Assembly: GCA_046538735.1 (NCBI GenBank)
Contig: JBKHII010000014.1
Coordinates: 291 to 64,290, forward strand
Length of the DNA stretch: 64,000 nucleotides
Reading direction: 5' to 3'
Origin: Spirochaetales bacterium
GTDB lineage: Bacteria > Spirochaetota > Spirochaetia > DSM-27196 > SLST01
Of the stretch, positions 36,391 to 45,101 are shown in pieces. Both the position numbers and the translations under genes were made by a program. How positions within the stretch are numbered: position 1 is the first letter of the stretch; each line of letters begins with the position of its first letter. Under the pieces are notes generated by a model. That model was not told the DNA's origin, searched no databases, and saw nothing but the letters and a program-made list of their open reading frames with translations.

Positions 36391-37854
36391 ATGCTCTACG
36401 GGCGTATGCGTATTCCGCTCGATCGTGCGAGCGCGACGCCGCTCTATCGGCAGATCGTCTCGTGGTTGCGCCGCAACATAGAGTCGGGCTCGCTCGCTCC
36501 GGAGACCAAGCTTCCCGCGAGCCGCGCGCTCGCCGACCTGCTCGGCGTGAGCCGCATTACGGTGAAGAACGCGTACGCCGTGCTCGAAGTCGACGGCTTC
36601 ATCGTCAGCCGCGAGGGCAGCGGAACCTACGTGGCGCGTCCGCTTCTCGATCTCGACCACGATCCCCGCGCTCCCGAGCCGGCGTGGCCACCCTGGCAGC
36701 AATCTGCCGTTGCCGACGTGCAGTCGGAATCTCCGCGCATGCCGGCGCACGGGCGCGCGGACACGATCTCATTCACCGGCGTCGCCGACCCGCGGCTCTT
36801 TCCCCTCGCGGAGTTCGCCAACACGCTTCGTGACGTCCTGAGACGCCGCGGTACCGAGGCGCTCGGATACGGGTCCTTCGGTCGAGGGTTCGCGCCGCTC
36901 CGCGAGACGATCGTCCACATACTTGCGAGTCAGGGGATTCGGGCGGACATGCGGGACGTACTCGTGACGGCCGGGTCGCAGCAAGCGCTCTCGCTCGTCT
37001 GCGGCGCGTTGTTGCGCCCCGGTGACGTTGTGGTCGTGGAGGAGCCAACGTACAACAACGCGCTCGGTCTGTTCCGGACGTTGGGGCTTCGAGTCGTCTC
37101 CGTCCCGTTGGACTCGGACGGCGTGAGGACCGATCTGTTGGAGACGGTACTCAGGCGCGACCATCCCAGTCTGATATACACGATCCCGAACTTTCAGAAC
37201 CCGAGCGGCGCGACCCTGAGCGGCGACCGGCGACGCGAGCTGCTCTCGCTCGCAGAGCGGTACAACGTTCCGATCGTGGAAGACGACTACGCGGGCGATC
37301 TCCGTTTCGAGGGACGGACACAACCGGCCATCAAGGCGCTCGATCCCGGCGGCAGAGTGATCTACCTGGGAACCTTCTCCAAGATGCTCATGCCGGGACT
37401 CCGCGTGGGCTATCTCATCGTGGAGGGACCGGTGATGGAGAAGCTCGTCCGTAGGAAGGAGGTGACCGAGCTGACCACGTCTCCCTTGATGGAGCGGGCC
37501 GTGAACGAGTTCGTGACGGTCGGGCGGTACCAGGCTCACCTTCGCCGCACGACGCGCCTCTACCGCAGGCGGAGAGACGCGATCCTGGAGGCGATCGCGG
37601 CTCATCTCCCCGCGTGTTCCGTGGAGCACGTCCCAAAGGGGGGCTTGTTTCTCTGGCTCCGGCTTCCGACCGGCCGCAGCGCGTCCGGACTCCTCCCGCG
37701 TGCGATCGAGCACGGCGTGGAGTTCGCGCCCGGGACGCGGTTCTTCGCGGACCCGAGGCACGGCGAGCCGTTCGTGAGGCTCAATCTCGCCGTCTGCACC
37801 CCTGAGGAGGCGGAAGAAGGCGTTTACCGGTTCGCGACGGCGCTCCGCTCATGA
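36391..37854 (+). CDS. MocR-type regulator (GntR HTH fused to an aminotransferase-fold domain)
   Basis: PLYRQIVSWLRRNIESGSL...LPASRALADLLGVSRITV is a GntR winged helix, followed by a fold-type I PLP domain (TFSKMLMPGLRVGY). An alternative ATG lies at 36406. Confidence 0.9.
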   Translation: MLYGRMRIPLDRASATPLYRQIVSWLRRNIESGSLAPETKLPASRALADLLGVSRITVKNAYAVLEVDGFIVSREGSGTYVARPLLDLDHDPRAPEPAWPPWQQSAVADVQSESPRMPAHGRADTISFTGVADPRLFPLAEFANTLRDVLRRRGTEALGYGSFGRGFAPLRETIVHILASQGIRADMRDVLVTAGSQQALSLVCGALLRPGDVVVVEEPTYNNALGLFRTLGLRVVSVPLDSDGVRTDLLETVLRRDHPSLIYTIPNFQNPSGATLSGDRRRELLSLAERYNVPIVEDDYAGDLRFEGRTQPAIKALDPGGRVIYLGTFSKMLMPGLRVGYLIVEGPVMEKLVRRKEVTELTTSPLMERAVNEFVTVGRYQAHLRRTTRLYRRRRDAILEAIAAHLPACSVEHVPKGGLFLWLRLPTGRSASGLLPRAIEHGVEFAPGTRFFADPRHGEPFVRLNLAVCTPEEAEEGVYRFATALRS

Positions 37855-37905
37855 TATGCTGACCACCCACGACGGGCCACGCGTCCGTGGTGCGAAGGAG
37901 AAGGT

Positions 37906-38364
37906 ATGAAACACACGATAGCGGCCGGCGTTCTGATTGCGCTCCTGGTTGCACTTGCCGGCTGCGGCGGGGACTCTGCGGTCACGACCGACGAAGCGAA
38001 AGAGGCCTTCGCGGTGAGCTATGCGTCCGTCCTGGTCGTCTCGCTCGGCACCGCATTCGGCGAGGAGATCGACGGGGTAAGCCTGAACGAGGAGACCGGG
38101 GAGTTGACCCTGGATGGGTTTGATCTCGGCGAGTACGTGGACGTCGGCGAGGAAGAGCTCACATACGAGACCATATCGGGGTCCGTCGTGAGCGGCGCGA
38201 GTTCGGTCGCGGCAAACCTCACGCTCGAGGGAGGCCCGGTCACCGCGATCGAGTTCGAGCTCGGACCCGAGGAGTTCCAGGCCACCGAGGGGTTCACGAC
38301 GACGCTCGTCGTAAACGGCGAAGAGATCGAGCTCGAGATCACCGGAGAAGACCTGGGAGGCTGA
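37906..38364 (+). CDS. Acidic lipoprotein of unknown function
   Basis: Canonical lipobox LVALAGC and a good RBS (GAAGGAGAAGG). No recognisable domain. Confidence 0.6.
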   Translation: MKHTIAAGVLIALLVALAGCGGDSAVTTDEAKEAFAVSYASVLVVSLGTAFGEEIDGVSLNEETGELTLDGFDLGEYVDVGEEELTYETISGSVVSGASSVAANLTLEGGPVTAIEFELGPEEFQATEGFTTTLVVNGEEIELEITGEDLGG

Positions 38365-38402
38365 CCCGCGGCTCGCTTCCTCCCAGGTGGGGAAGCGCCT
38401 GG

Positions 38403-39659
38403 TCAGTATTCCGAGCAATCCGAGGGGGCGGGTTCGCCCCCAGCGATCGCGTACATCCATTCGACCGCATCCGCGAACCCGACCTGTCGCGTGTCGTGGC
38501 GCGCACCCTCGTAGACGATGTACCGAACGGCACTCCCGGCGTCGCAGAGCCTCCCCACGAACTCGGTCTGCGATTCCAGGGAGACCACGGTATCCTCGGT
38601 TCCCTCGAGGATGAGCGCGGGAATCCCGTGTCCGGAGAGACCCGAGCTGTTGATCTCCATGAGCCGAGCGATCCCGGGATAGTCTTCCCGCATCGTGCCG
38701 TTCAGGAGCGCGTCCGTGAACTCCGGCCGGTAGAGCGGTTCCGGTTCCCGCGGGTAGAAGCGCTGGACCGCCCCGATGCACATCGAGGTCACGTCGTGGG
38801 CGAGGCTATCGAGCCAGCGATCCGCGAGGACCAAGCTCGGGTCGAATCGGTCCTCGCCGTAGAATGTCGCGTACGAGTAGACAACCAGCGGGATCGAGAC
38901 CGTGAACTCGCGGAAGAGATTGAAGATGTCCGTGCTCGGACCGTAGCCGATGATGCCGGCGAGCTCCACCTCCGGTGCGTACTCGTCGCGCAGGTCGGCG
39001 GTCGCGAACGCGGCGTGCCCGCCCTGCGAGTAGCCGGCGACGAAGGCACCCGGCGCGGGCTGCGCGAAGTAGTCGGTTCCGGCGATGTAGCTTCGCGCGG
39101 CACGGATCGCATCGAGCATGACGCGACCCTCGGCCACCGAGATGAAGTACGGCTGTATCTCCCCCGTCACGCTGAAGTTCATGTAGTCGGGCATCACGCC
39201 GATCGTGCCCTGACCCGCGTGGGCCAGAACGTGAGTCCGGTACAGTCCCCATTCGATATCTACCAGATGCTCACGAGAGGGCCGGCACGCGTCCACCAGC
39301 CCCGTGGATCCCGTCCCGAAGACGTACATCGGGCGCTCGTCCGGTTCCGAGAGCCGCGGCACGAAGAGCTGCAGGAGCGAGGGCGTGGGGGTACCGTCCA
39401 GGTCGCTCGTCTCGTACTCGATGAGGAAGACGTCCACGTCGTAGCGCGCCCCCGGCGGTTCGCTGTTCTCGAAGAGCGCGACGGCGAGCGAGTCGATCTC
39501 CGCGGCCGGGATGCTGCGGTCGAAGACGACGCTCGTGACGTCACCCGGAGCGGCGCTCAGGGCGGTCGAGGCGAGAAGCAAACAGACGGCAGCCGCGAGT
39601 ATGCGTCGATCCAAAAGACCTCCCATCTCAAGAACGCCCCGTTGCCCGGTCCGGACCAT
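38403..39659 (-). CDS. Secreted alpha/beta-hydrolase (secretory-lipase-like)
   Basis: Nucleophile elbow GYSQGGHAA and signal-like ILAAAVCLLLASTALSAAPG. Start is either 39659 or the ATG at 39626. Confidence 0.7.
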   Translation of the reverse strand: MVRTGQRGVLEMGGLLDRRILAAAVCLLLASTALSAAPGDVTSVVFDRSIPAAEIDSLAVALFENSEPPGARYDVDVFLIEYETSDLDGTPTPSLLQLFVPRLSEPDERPMYVFGTGSTGLVDACRPSREHLVDIEWGLYRTHVLAHAGQGTIGVMPDYMNFSVTGEIQPYFISVAEGRVMLDAIRAARSYIAGTDYFAQPAPGAFVAGYSQGGHAAFATADLRDEYAPEVELAGIIGYGPSTDIFNLFREFTVSIPLVVYSYATFYGEDRFDPSLVLADRWLDSLAHDVTSMCIGAVQRFYPREPEPLYRPEFTDALLNGTMREDYPGIARLMEINSSGLSGHGIPALILEGTEDTVVSLESQTEFVGRLCDAGSAVRYIVYEGARHDTRQVGFADAVEWMYAIAGGEPAPSDCSEY

Positions 39660-39727
39660 AACCCGTTTCGGCTATTCATGATGCGTCGCGCCCCGGGCAT
39701 CTTCTGCAATGGATCGTGGGAGGCACG

Positions 39728-40378
39728 ATGAGGAGATCAACTACGAAGTGGAGGACGCCGAGTCTCGTTGCAGCACTGATGCTCGCGATCGCCTCGGCTG
39801 CAGCCGGGCAAGAGGGGAACCTCTACGGATCCGGCGCCCCGGAGGACGCCGGGTTCGTCAGAATCGTCAACGCCGCCTCCGGGGCACCGCCGCCGGAGAC
39901 GACGGTGGGGAACGTCGGCTTCGGACCGCTCGAGTTTGCGGCCGCCTCGCCGTACCGGCCCGTCGGTCCGGGCATCTACACCGTTCGCCTGGGCGGTGGG
40001 ACGGCGGAGCTGATCGTCTCGACCGGCGCGTACTACACGATCGCCCTCCACCGCGACGGAGTCGTCGTCTTCGAGGATCCGGAGCACACCGACCCGACCG
40101 AGGCGCAGCTCTTCTTCTACAACTTGGCGAGCGGGGCTCCCGTGCGGCTCGCGACCTCCGACGGGACCGAGGTCGTGGAATCGGTCGATTCGCTCGAGTC
40201 CGCGGTCGTCACGGTGAATCCCGTGCCGGTGGAGCTTGCCGTGTTCGGCGACGACGGGCGGCTCGCGGATGTTGGCGATCCCGGGCTCGAGCGAGGCGAG
40301 TCGTTCAGCGTCTTCGCCGTGTCCGCGGACGACGAGGTGCGTCCCTTCGTCGTGCGAGCGGAGGTCGCGGCGGAGTAG
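39728..40378 (+). CDS. Secreted AlgF-like / DUF4397-like two-beta-sandwich protein
   Basis: Signal peptide ending AAAGQ. LYGSGAPEDAGFVRIVNA and YYTIAL resemble what I recall of AlgF (LYGP.AP....FVR..NA ... YYTLV). GGAGG RBS before the ATG at 39728. Confidence 0.45.
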   Translation: MRRSTTKWRTPSLVAALMLAIASAAAGQEGNLYGSGAPEDAGFVRIVNAASGAPPPETTVGNVGFGPLEFAAASPYRPVGPGIYTVRLGGGTAELIVSTGAYYTIALHRDGVVVFEDPEHTDPTEAQLFFYNLASGAPVRLATSDGTEVVESVDSLESAVVTVNPVPVELAVFGDDGRLADVGDPGLERGESFSVFAVSADDEVRPFVVRAEVAAE

Positions 40379-40758
40379 CGAGTGGTCGTCAGCGCGACCG
40401 TATTCGTCTTCGCGTTTCTCCGGTGTTCCTCGCAGCCTACATCTCGCTCTTCCTGCGGCCGATTGCCGGTCCGATCCTCCGGTACGAGAACACGGAGGGC
40501 CGGGTCGCGTGCCGGCCTCACACGCCGGGGGGGGTGCTTGACGGTCCGGGCCGCCCGCCGGTTTCGCCTGCGCTCCCTGCGCGACCGGGCAAGAGCGATC
40601 CGCCGCCTGATGTCCGCCACCTGTTGCTCGTTGATCCTGATGAGCAAGCTTCCGTAGTTCGTCATGGGTCTCTCCTCCTCTGGTGATGGAAGAGTAGCCA
40701 CGAAGCGGACCTGTCGGTAGATCCGGAAGCAGTGGTTTTCTAGAGACCCACTTCTCCG

Positions 40759-41931
40759 CTAGAAGTGGAATGTGAGCGTGATGCTCGAACGTCGGTCTCG
40801 TCCGACTTCGACCACGGAGGAGTCGAAGAGGACGCCCAACTCGTTGCAGGAGCGGGTGAGGTCGGTGAGGTAGTAGAGTCCGAGGTCGCTGTCGATTGTT
40901 CCGTCCGCGGTGGACGAGAGAAACTTCTTGAGCGAGCTCTCCTTGGATGTCGTCTTTTTGTGCTCGTTGACCCGCTCCTTCGTCACTGCGTACTCCTCGC
41001 CGCGCGAGTAGACGGAGATGACGAGTCGAACGCGCTTGTCGAAGGATCCCCCCGAGGGTGCGAGGCGCCACGAGATAGCCTGCTGTTCTTCGCCCACGGC
41101 GACTTCGTTGCGGACCTGATCGAGCAGCGCCGGTTCGCGGATGAGCGTGTCGAAGGTCACGTCCGGCTTGTGGCTTCTCGCGTGGCGTAGCAGCATCGTG
41201 TTCTGCAGGTAGCCCACGAGTTCCACGATGATGAGCCCGATGTAGTCCACGATGGACGACTTCTGCAGGTATCTCCGGAGGAGCGACCGCGCTCCGGAAA
41301 GCACCTCGTCTTCGGCGGTCCCCGTACAGAGAGCGATCACGACGTACCATACGGCCGGATTCACGCGTCTGAGGAACGTCCGTGAGAGCTGGATCTTCTC
41401 GTTTCGATCGTCGGTTCCCAGACGCAGGTCGGTTTCCAACGCACGGAGCACCGGTCTGAGGATCGCGAGTGAGAGTCGCTGGAACTCCCTGGAGTGTCGC
41501 GCGAGAAAGCCGGACGCCTGCTTCTCGCCGATGCGGGTGTTCTCGTCGATGACGCTGTGCGGATTGTGGCGGTTCCAGTGTTTGACCGCCGCCGAACCGT
41601 AGACGAGCGCCTGGAACGCGCGGCTGAACTTGTCGTAGAGAATCGTGCGGACGACGGCGCCCGTCAGGTCGAGGATCTCGTGGCGCTTGCTGAAGAGGTC
41701 CGTCCCGGTCGTTTCGATGCCTGAGAGAATCCGCGAGCCGATCAGTCGATCGAGGAGCTCCGGTTCAAAGCGAGTGCCGCAGAAGCCGTACGAGTCGGTG
41801 TCGTCGGCCATGCGCAGGTGCTGCAGTCTCTTCTTGTTTGCGCGGAACCGGGCTACGGCTTCATTCGTCAGGCTGATCTTGACCGGTAGCTCGTTGTGCG
41901 GTCGCCGATCGTCCTGGACCATGCCCGGCAT
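40759..41931 (-). CDS. Uncharacterised 390-aa protein; helical N-terminal region plus degenerate GHKL-like C-terminus
   Basis: GGAG RBS 9 nt after the kinase stop. The C-terminal third has N-box-like IVELVGYLQNTMLLRHA and G2-like DSDLGLYYL, but no DxGxG. No other family recognised. Confidence 0.6.
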   Translation of the reverse strand: MPGMVQDDRRPHNELPVKISLTNEAVARFRANKKRLQHLRMADDTDSYGFCGTRFEPELLDRLIGSRILSGIETTGTDLFSKRHEILDLTGAVVRTILYDKFSRAFQALVYGSAAVKHWNRHNPHSVIDENTRIGEKQASGFLARHSREFQRLSLAILRPVLRALETDLRLGTDDRNEKIQLSRTFLRRVNPAVWYVVIALCTGTAEDEVLSGARSLLRRYLQKSSIVDYIGLIIVELVGYLQNTMLLRHARSHKPDVTFDTLIREPALLDQVRNEVAVGEEQQAISWRLAPSGGSFDKRVRLVISVYSRGEEYAVTKERVNEHKKTTSKESSLKKFLSSTADGTIDSDLGLYYLTDLTRSCNELGVLFDSSVVEVGRDRRSSITLTFHF

Positions 41932-41940
41932 CGTCGCTCC

Positions 41941-42492
41941 TCAGGCGCTCAAGCTCACGCCGATCTGACGTCTCGGGAAGGTCTTCTTCACCCCCACGCA
42001 GTTCTTCTTGTTGTTGAAGACGATTCCACCGTCCCAGTACTCCACCGCGGCGAAGAGTGCGTTGCCGCCGTCGTTGAAGTCGCTCTGTTCGGTCTGCCAC
42101 GAGATGTATTTGTCCATCTCCTCGAAGTCCTGCTCCACGAAACACCTCGTGCGTTGCTTCAGGAACTCGTTCCACTCCTCGAGCCGCTCGAAGCCTTCTC
42201 CTTCGTCCTGAACGACCACCCGCGCCGAGTAGTCTTCGAAGGAGTACCATACCTTCACCTTCTTCTCGCGCTGGTTCTTGTTGCCGTGCTTGATCGCGTT
42301 CTTGATCAGCTCGCTGATCTGCTGTTCGAGCAGGTTGATCTCCCGGAACTCGGGAGGAGCCTTCTGGATCACGAGCAACGTGAAGTACCGCGTCTGACGG
42401 AAGTCGCTTGGAAACTCCTTGTAGAACATGCCGTGCGTGTCGAGCAGGGGCGAATTGCTGTCTATGCCGATAATCCGGGTCTCGTCCATCAT
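41941..42492 (-). CDS. GHKL-type anti-sigma-factor-like serine kinase (RsbW/SpoIIAB-like)
   Basis: N-box ELIKNAIKHGN, G1 box VVVQDEGEGF, G2-like GGNALF. TAATG junction with the STAS gene. Confidence 0.75.
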   Translation of the reverse strand: MMDETRIIGIDSNSPLLDTHGMFYKEFPSDFRQTRYFTLLVIQKAPPEFREINLLEQQISELIKNAIKHGNKNQREKKVKVWYSFEDYSARVVVQDEGEGFERLEEWNEFLKQRTRCFVEQDFEEMDKYISWQTEQSDFNDGGNALFAAVEYWDGGIVFNNKKNCVGVKKTFPRRQIGVSLSA

Positions 42493-42851
42493 TATGCTCC
42501 TGGCTGGATGATTTGGTCGATGGCTTCCTGGCTGCTGCCGGCGATCGGCAGGTAGCCGATCAGCTTCGTCAGCTCGATGACGCGCAGCACCGGGCCGTGG
42601 GGGTTCGAGAGCCTGAAGGGCATCTGCGCCTTCTTGCAGATCGAGTTCGCGAAGATCAGCGTTCCGACTCCGCTCGAGTCGATGTACTGGGTCGACGTGA
42701 GATCGAGTACGAGCCCACGCGTTCCGTTCGCGATCGACTTCTGGATCAACTCCTTCAGCCGGAACGCGTGGTAGACGTCCAACTCGCCGATGACTTCCAC
42801 GACGGATACACCGTCAATCGATTGCTCTCTGAGTTCAAGCGTGTCTGCCAT
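42492..42851 (-). CDS. STAS-domain anti-sigma-factor antagonist (RsbV/SpoIIAA-like)
   Basis: YIDSSGVGTLIF contains the conserved phosphorylatable Ser in DSSG. The start is taken at MADTLEL (42851); the ORF extends to 42923. Confidence 0.8.
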   Translation of the reverse strand: MADTLELREQSIDGVSVVEVIGELDVYHAFRLKELIQKSIANGTRGLVLDLTSTQYIDSSGVGTLIFANSICKKAQMPFRLSNPHGPVLRVIELTKLIGYLPIAGSSQEAIDQIIQPGA

Positions 42852-44889
42852 TGCTACCACTACCATTCGGGCCGAATCGAACCACCAGCAAGGTCTGGTC
42901 GTCGTGTTGTCGAGCTTCTCCAACGTGTCTGTCTATGTCCACCTGGATTGCCTCACATATCATACGGGGATGCTTGGTCTCAACCGGCACCGCCGGTCCG
43001 CTTCTTGTCGCTATTTCGGTCGCGGCTGCGTCCGTGTCTGCGGTCGCAGCTGTTCCGGGCTCTTCCTCACGCCGGATCGGTTCCCCGTCTGTGTCACCGC
43101 GCGCCGCCGTCTCGAAGACTTCCAGCAGCCGGTCCAATCCGTACTGCTCTCCGGCATCGTTCATCGCTTCGATGACTCCGTCCGTGTAGAGGAGGAGCAA
43201 GTCGCCCTCGCGCGCCCTGAACCGGCGCTGCTGGTATCGCATCGTTCCCTCGATACCGATCGGCAGCCCTTCGGTATCTACGTGCTCAATTCGTCCCGTG
43301 GATGCACGGAAGAGGACGAGCGGATGGTGCGCGGCATTCGAGTATTCCACGATCCGCGATTCCGCGTCATAGGTGAGGTACGAGAGCGTGGCGTAGTGGT
43401 CGATCTCGATTTTGCCGCTCAGCCCCCGGTTGATCAGTGTGACGGTCTGGGCGGCGTTATAGCGAGGTGAGGCGACGAGGTGGAGGAGCGAGTTGATGAT
43501 GACCATGACGAGTGCCGCCGGCACGCCCTTGCCCGCCACGTCGCACATCAGGAAGCCCATCCGCGAGTCGGAAAGCTTCAAGATGTCGTAGTAGTCGCCG
43601 GAAACCCCGCGCGCCGGTTTCGCGTAAACCGCGGTCTCCAGACCCGTGAGCTGCGGGACGCGTTGCGGGATCAGCTTGTTCTGGATTTCGGCCGCGATCC
43701 CGATCTCTCGCTCGATCTCGCGCTTCTCCATGACCTCGATGTAGGTGAAGAGGATATCAATCGTGAGCGCGGCGTAGTCGGCAAACGTCTGTGCGTGGTC
43801 GAGATCGCTTTCCGTGAAGAGGAAGTCGGGCTGGTCTCTCGTCAGGCCTACGACGCCGAGAACCCGGCCGCCGATGATCAGCGGCAGCGCCATGAACGAG
43901 CTGATGTAGAGCACGCCCGTGCCATGGTTCGCCGAGAAACGGTCGTCTTCGGCGACGTTCGAGACGAGAATCGCCGATCCCTCCTGCGTCGCCTCGCCCA
44001 ACGCGGTCTCTCCGAGCTCCACCGGGCGAGACCGTATGTACTGGTCGAGGGCGTTGCGGCGCTGCTTCACGAGCTCGGGCACCTCGTACGGAGGCGCAAA
44101 TCGACCCGTCGTCGCTCGCACGTGCAGCGCGCCGTCGCGGCCGTCTATCATGAGCAGGGCAGCGCCGCTCGCATCCGCGGTCGTGGCCGCGGATTCAACG
44201 ATAAACGAGAGCACCTGATCCATCTCCAGGTGCTGGGCGAGAGCCGTCCCGAGGCTCTGCATGAATTTGAACAGCCCCTCGTTTTCCGTCTGCGCTCGTT
44301 CCAGACTCGCCTGCACCTGATCGGTACGGAAGTCGTTGATCCGTTTCACGACGAGGAGATGAACGAAGTAGGCGAGCGGGTAGATCACGACGTGGGTTGC
44401 GGGTGTCCGGTATCCGGCGGCCGTGGCGGCTCCGATCCCGACCGCCAGCAGCAGGCCCAGGTTCACGCGCGTGCGCATCACGAACTCCGGACTCCTCGTG
44501 TTCGTGGGAGCCACGTTTGCGAGCGCGCCGGACGTGTAGCTGAGCGTCAGGATCGCGGCCGGAATCACGGTGAGCTGGTACGGCCACTGCAGGAGCGACA
44601 TACCCACGATCATCGCCACGGCGAGCGCTCCCACGACGAGATCGGTGTTCTTCCATCCGGTGTACGGTCTTGCGATCGCGAGATAGCCGAGCGGGAGCAG
44701 CGCGTCGGTTGCTGCGTAAACGAGCGGATTCGGGTAGACGATGCCGACGATGTCACGGATGAACAAGACACCTACGACGACCGCCACCGAAACCATCCCC
44801 GGTATCGAATAGCGTCGCCTGCAGTCGATCCATGTGAGAAAAATGACCGAAAGCGCAAGTAGTTTCGGAATATGTTCCTGCCAGCTCAT
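42835..44889 (-). CDS. Membrane sensor - GAF - PP2C (SpoIIE/RsbU-type) serine phosphatase
   Basis: About 6 N-terminal TM segments and a GAF-like region. PP2C motifs GVSGDYYD, MCDVAGKGVPAAL and HDDQTLLVVRF. An acidic, low-complexity insert precedes the last motif. Confidence 0.85.
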   Translation of the reverse strand: MSWQEHIPKLLALSVIFLTWIDCRRRYSIPGMVSVAVVVGVLFIRDIVGIVYPNPLVYAATDALLPLGYLAIARPYTGWKNTDLVVGALAVAMIVGMSLLQWPYQLTVIPAAILTLSYTSGALANVAPTNTRSPEFVMRTRVNLGLLLAVGIGAATAAGYRTPATHVVIYPLAYFVHLLVVKRINDFRTDQVQASLERAQTENEGLFKFMQSLGTALAQHLEMDQVLSFIVESAATTADASGAALLMIDGRDGALHVRATTGRFAPPYEVPELVKQRRNALDQYIRSRPVELGETALGEATQEGSAILVSNVAEDDRFSANHGTGVLYISSFMALPLIIGGRVLGVVGLTRDQPDFLFTESDLDHAQTFADYAALTIDILFTYIEVMEKREIEREIGIAAEIQNKLIPQRVPQLTGLETAVYAKPARGVSGDYYDILKLSDSRMGFLMCDVAGKGVPAALVMVIINSLLHLVASPRYNAAQTVTLINRGLSGKIEIDHYATLSYLTYDAESRIVEYSNAAHHPLVLFRASTGRIEHVDTEGLPIGIEGTMRYQQRRFRAREGDLLLLYTDGVIEAMNDAGEQYGLDRLLEVFETAARGDTDGEPIRREEEPGTAATADTDAAATEIATRSGPAVPVETKHPRMICEAIQVDIDRHVGEARQHDDQTLLVVRFGPNGSGSNGRHA

Positions 44890-45101
44890 TACGTGTTCCT
44901 AAACTGCCCGCGACGGTCTACTTTTTTGGATGTTGCATTGAATTCTAACACCGCACTCGTACCTCGTCAAACACATTCGACCACCGCTATCCAGGCGCCT
45001 ACCTTCAATTATCGGGGCTCCAGCGGCTCGTGCAAGTACATTTATCGGCGCCTCTCGGCCGGAGAACCGGCTTGTTGCCCAGATCGGCACGCCGTCCTAT
45101 C

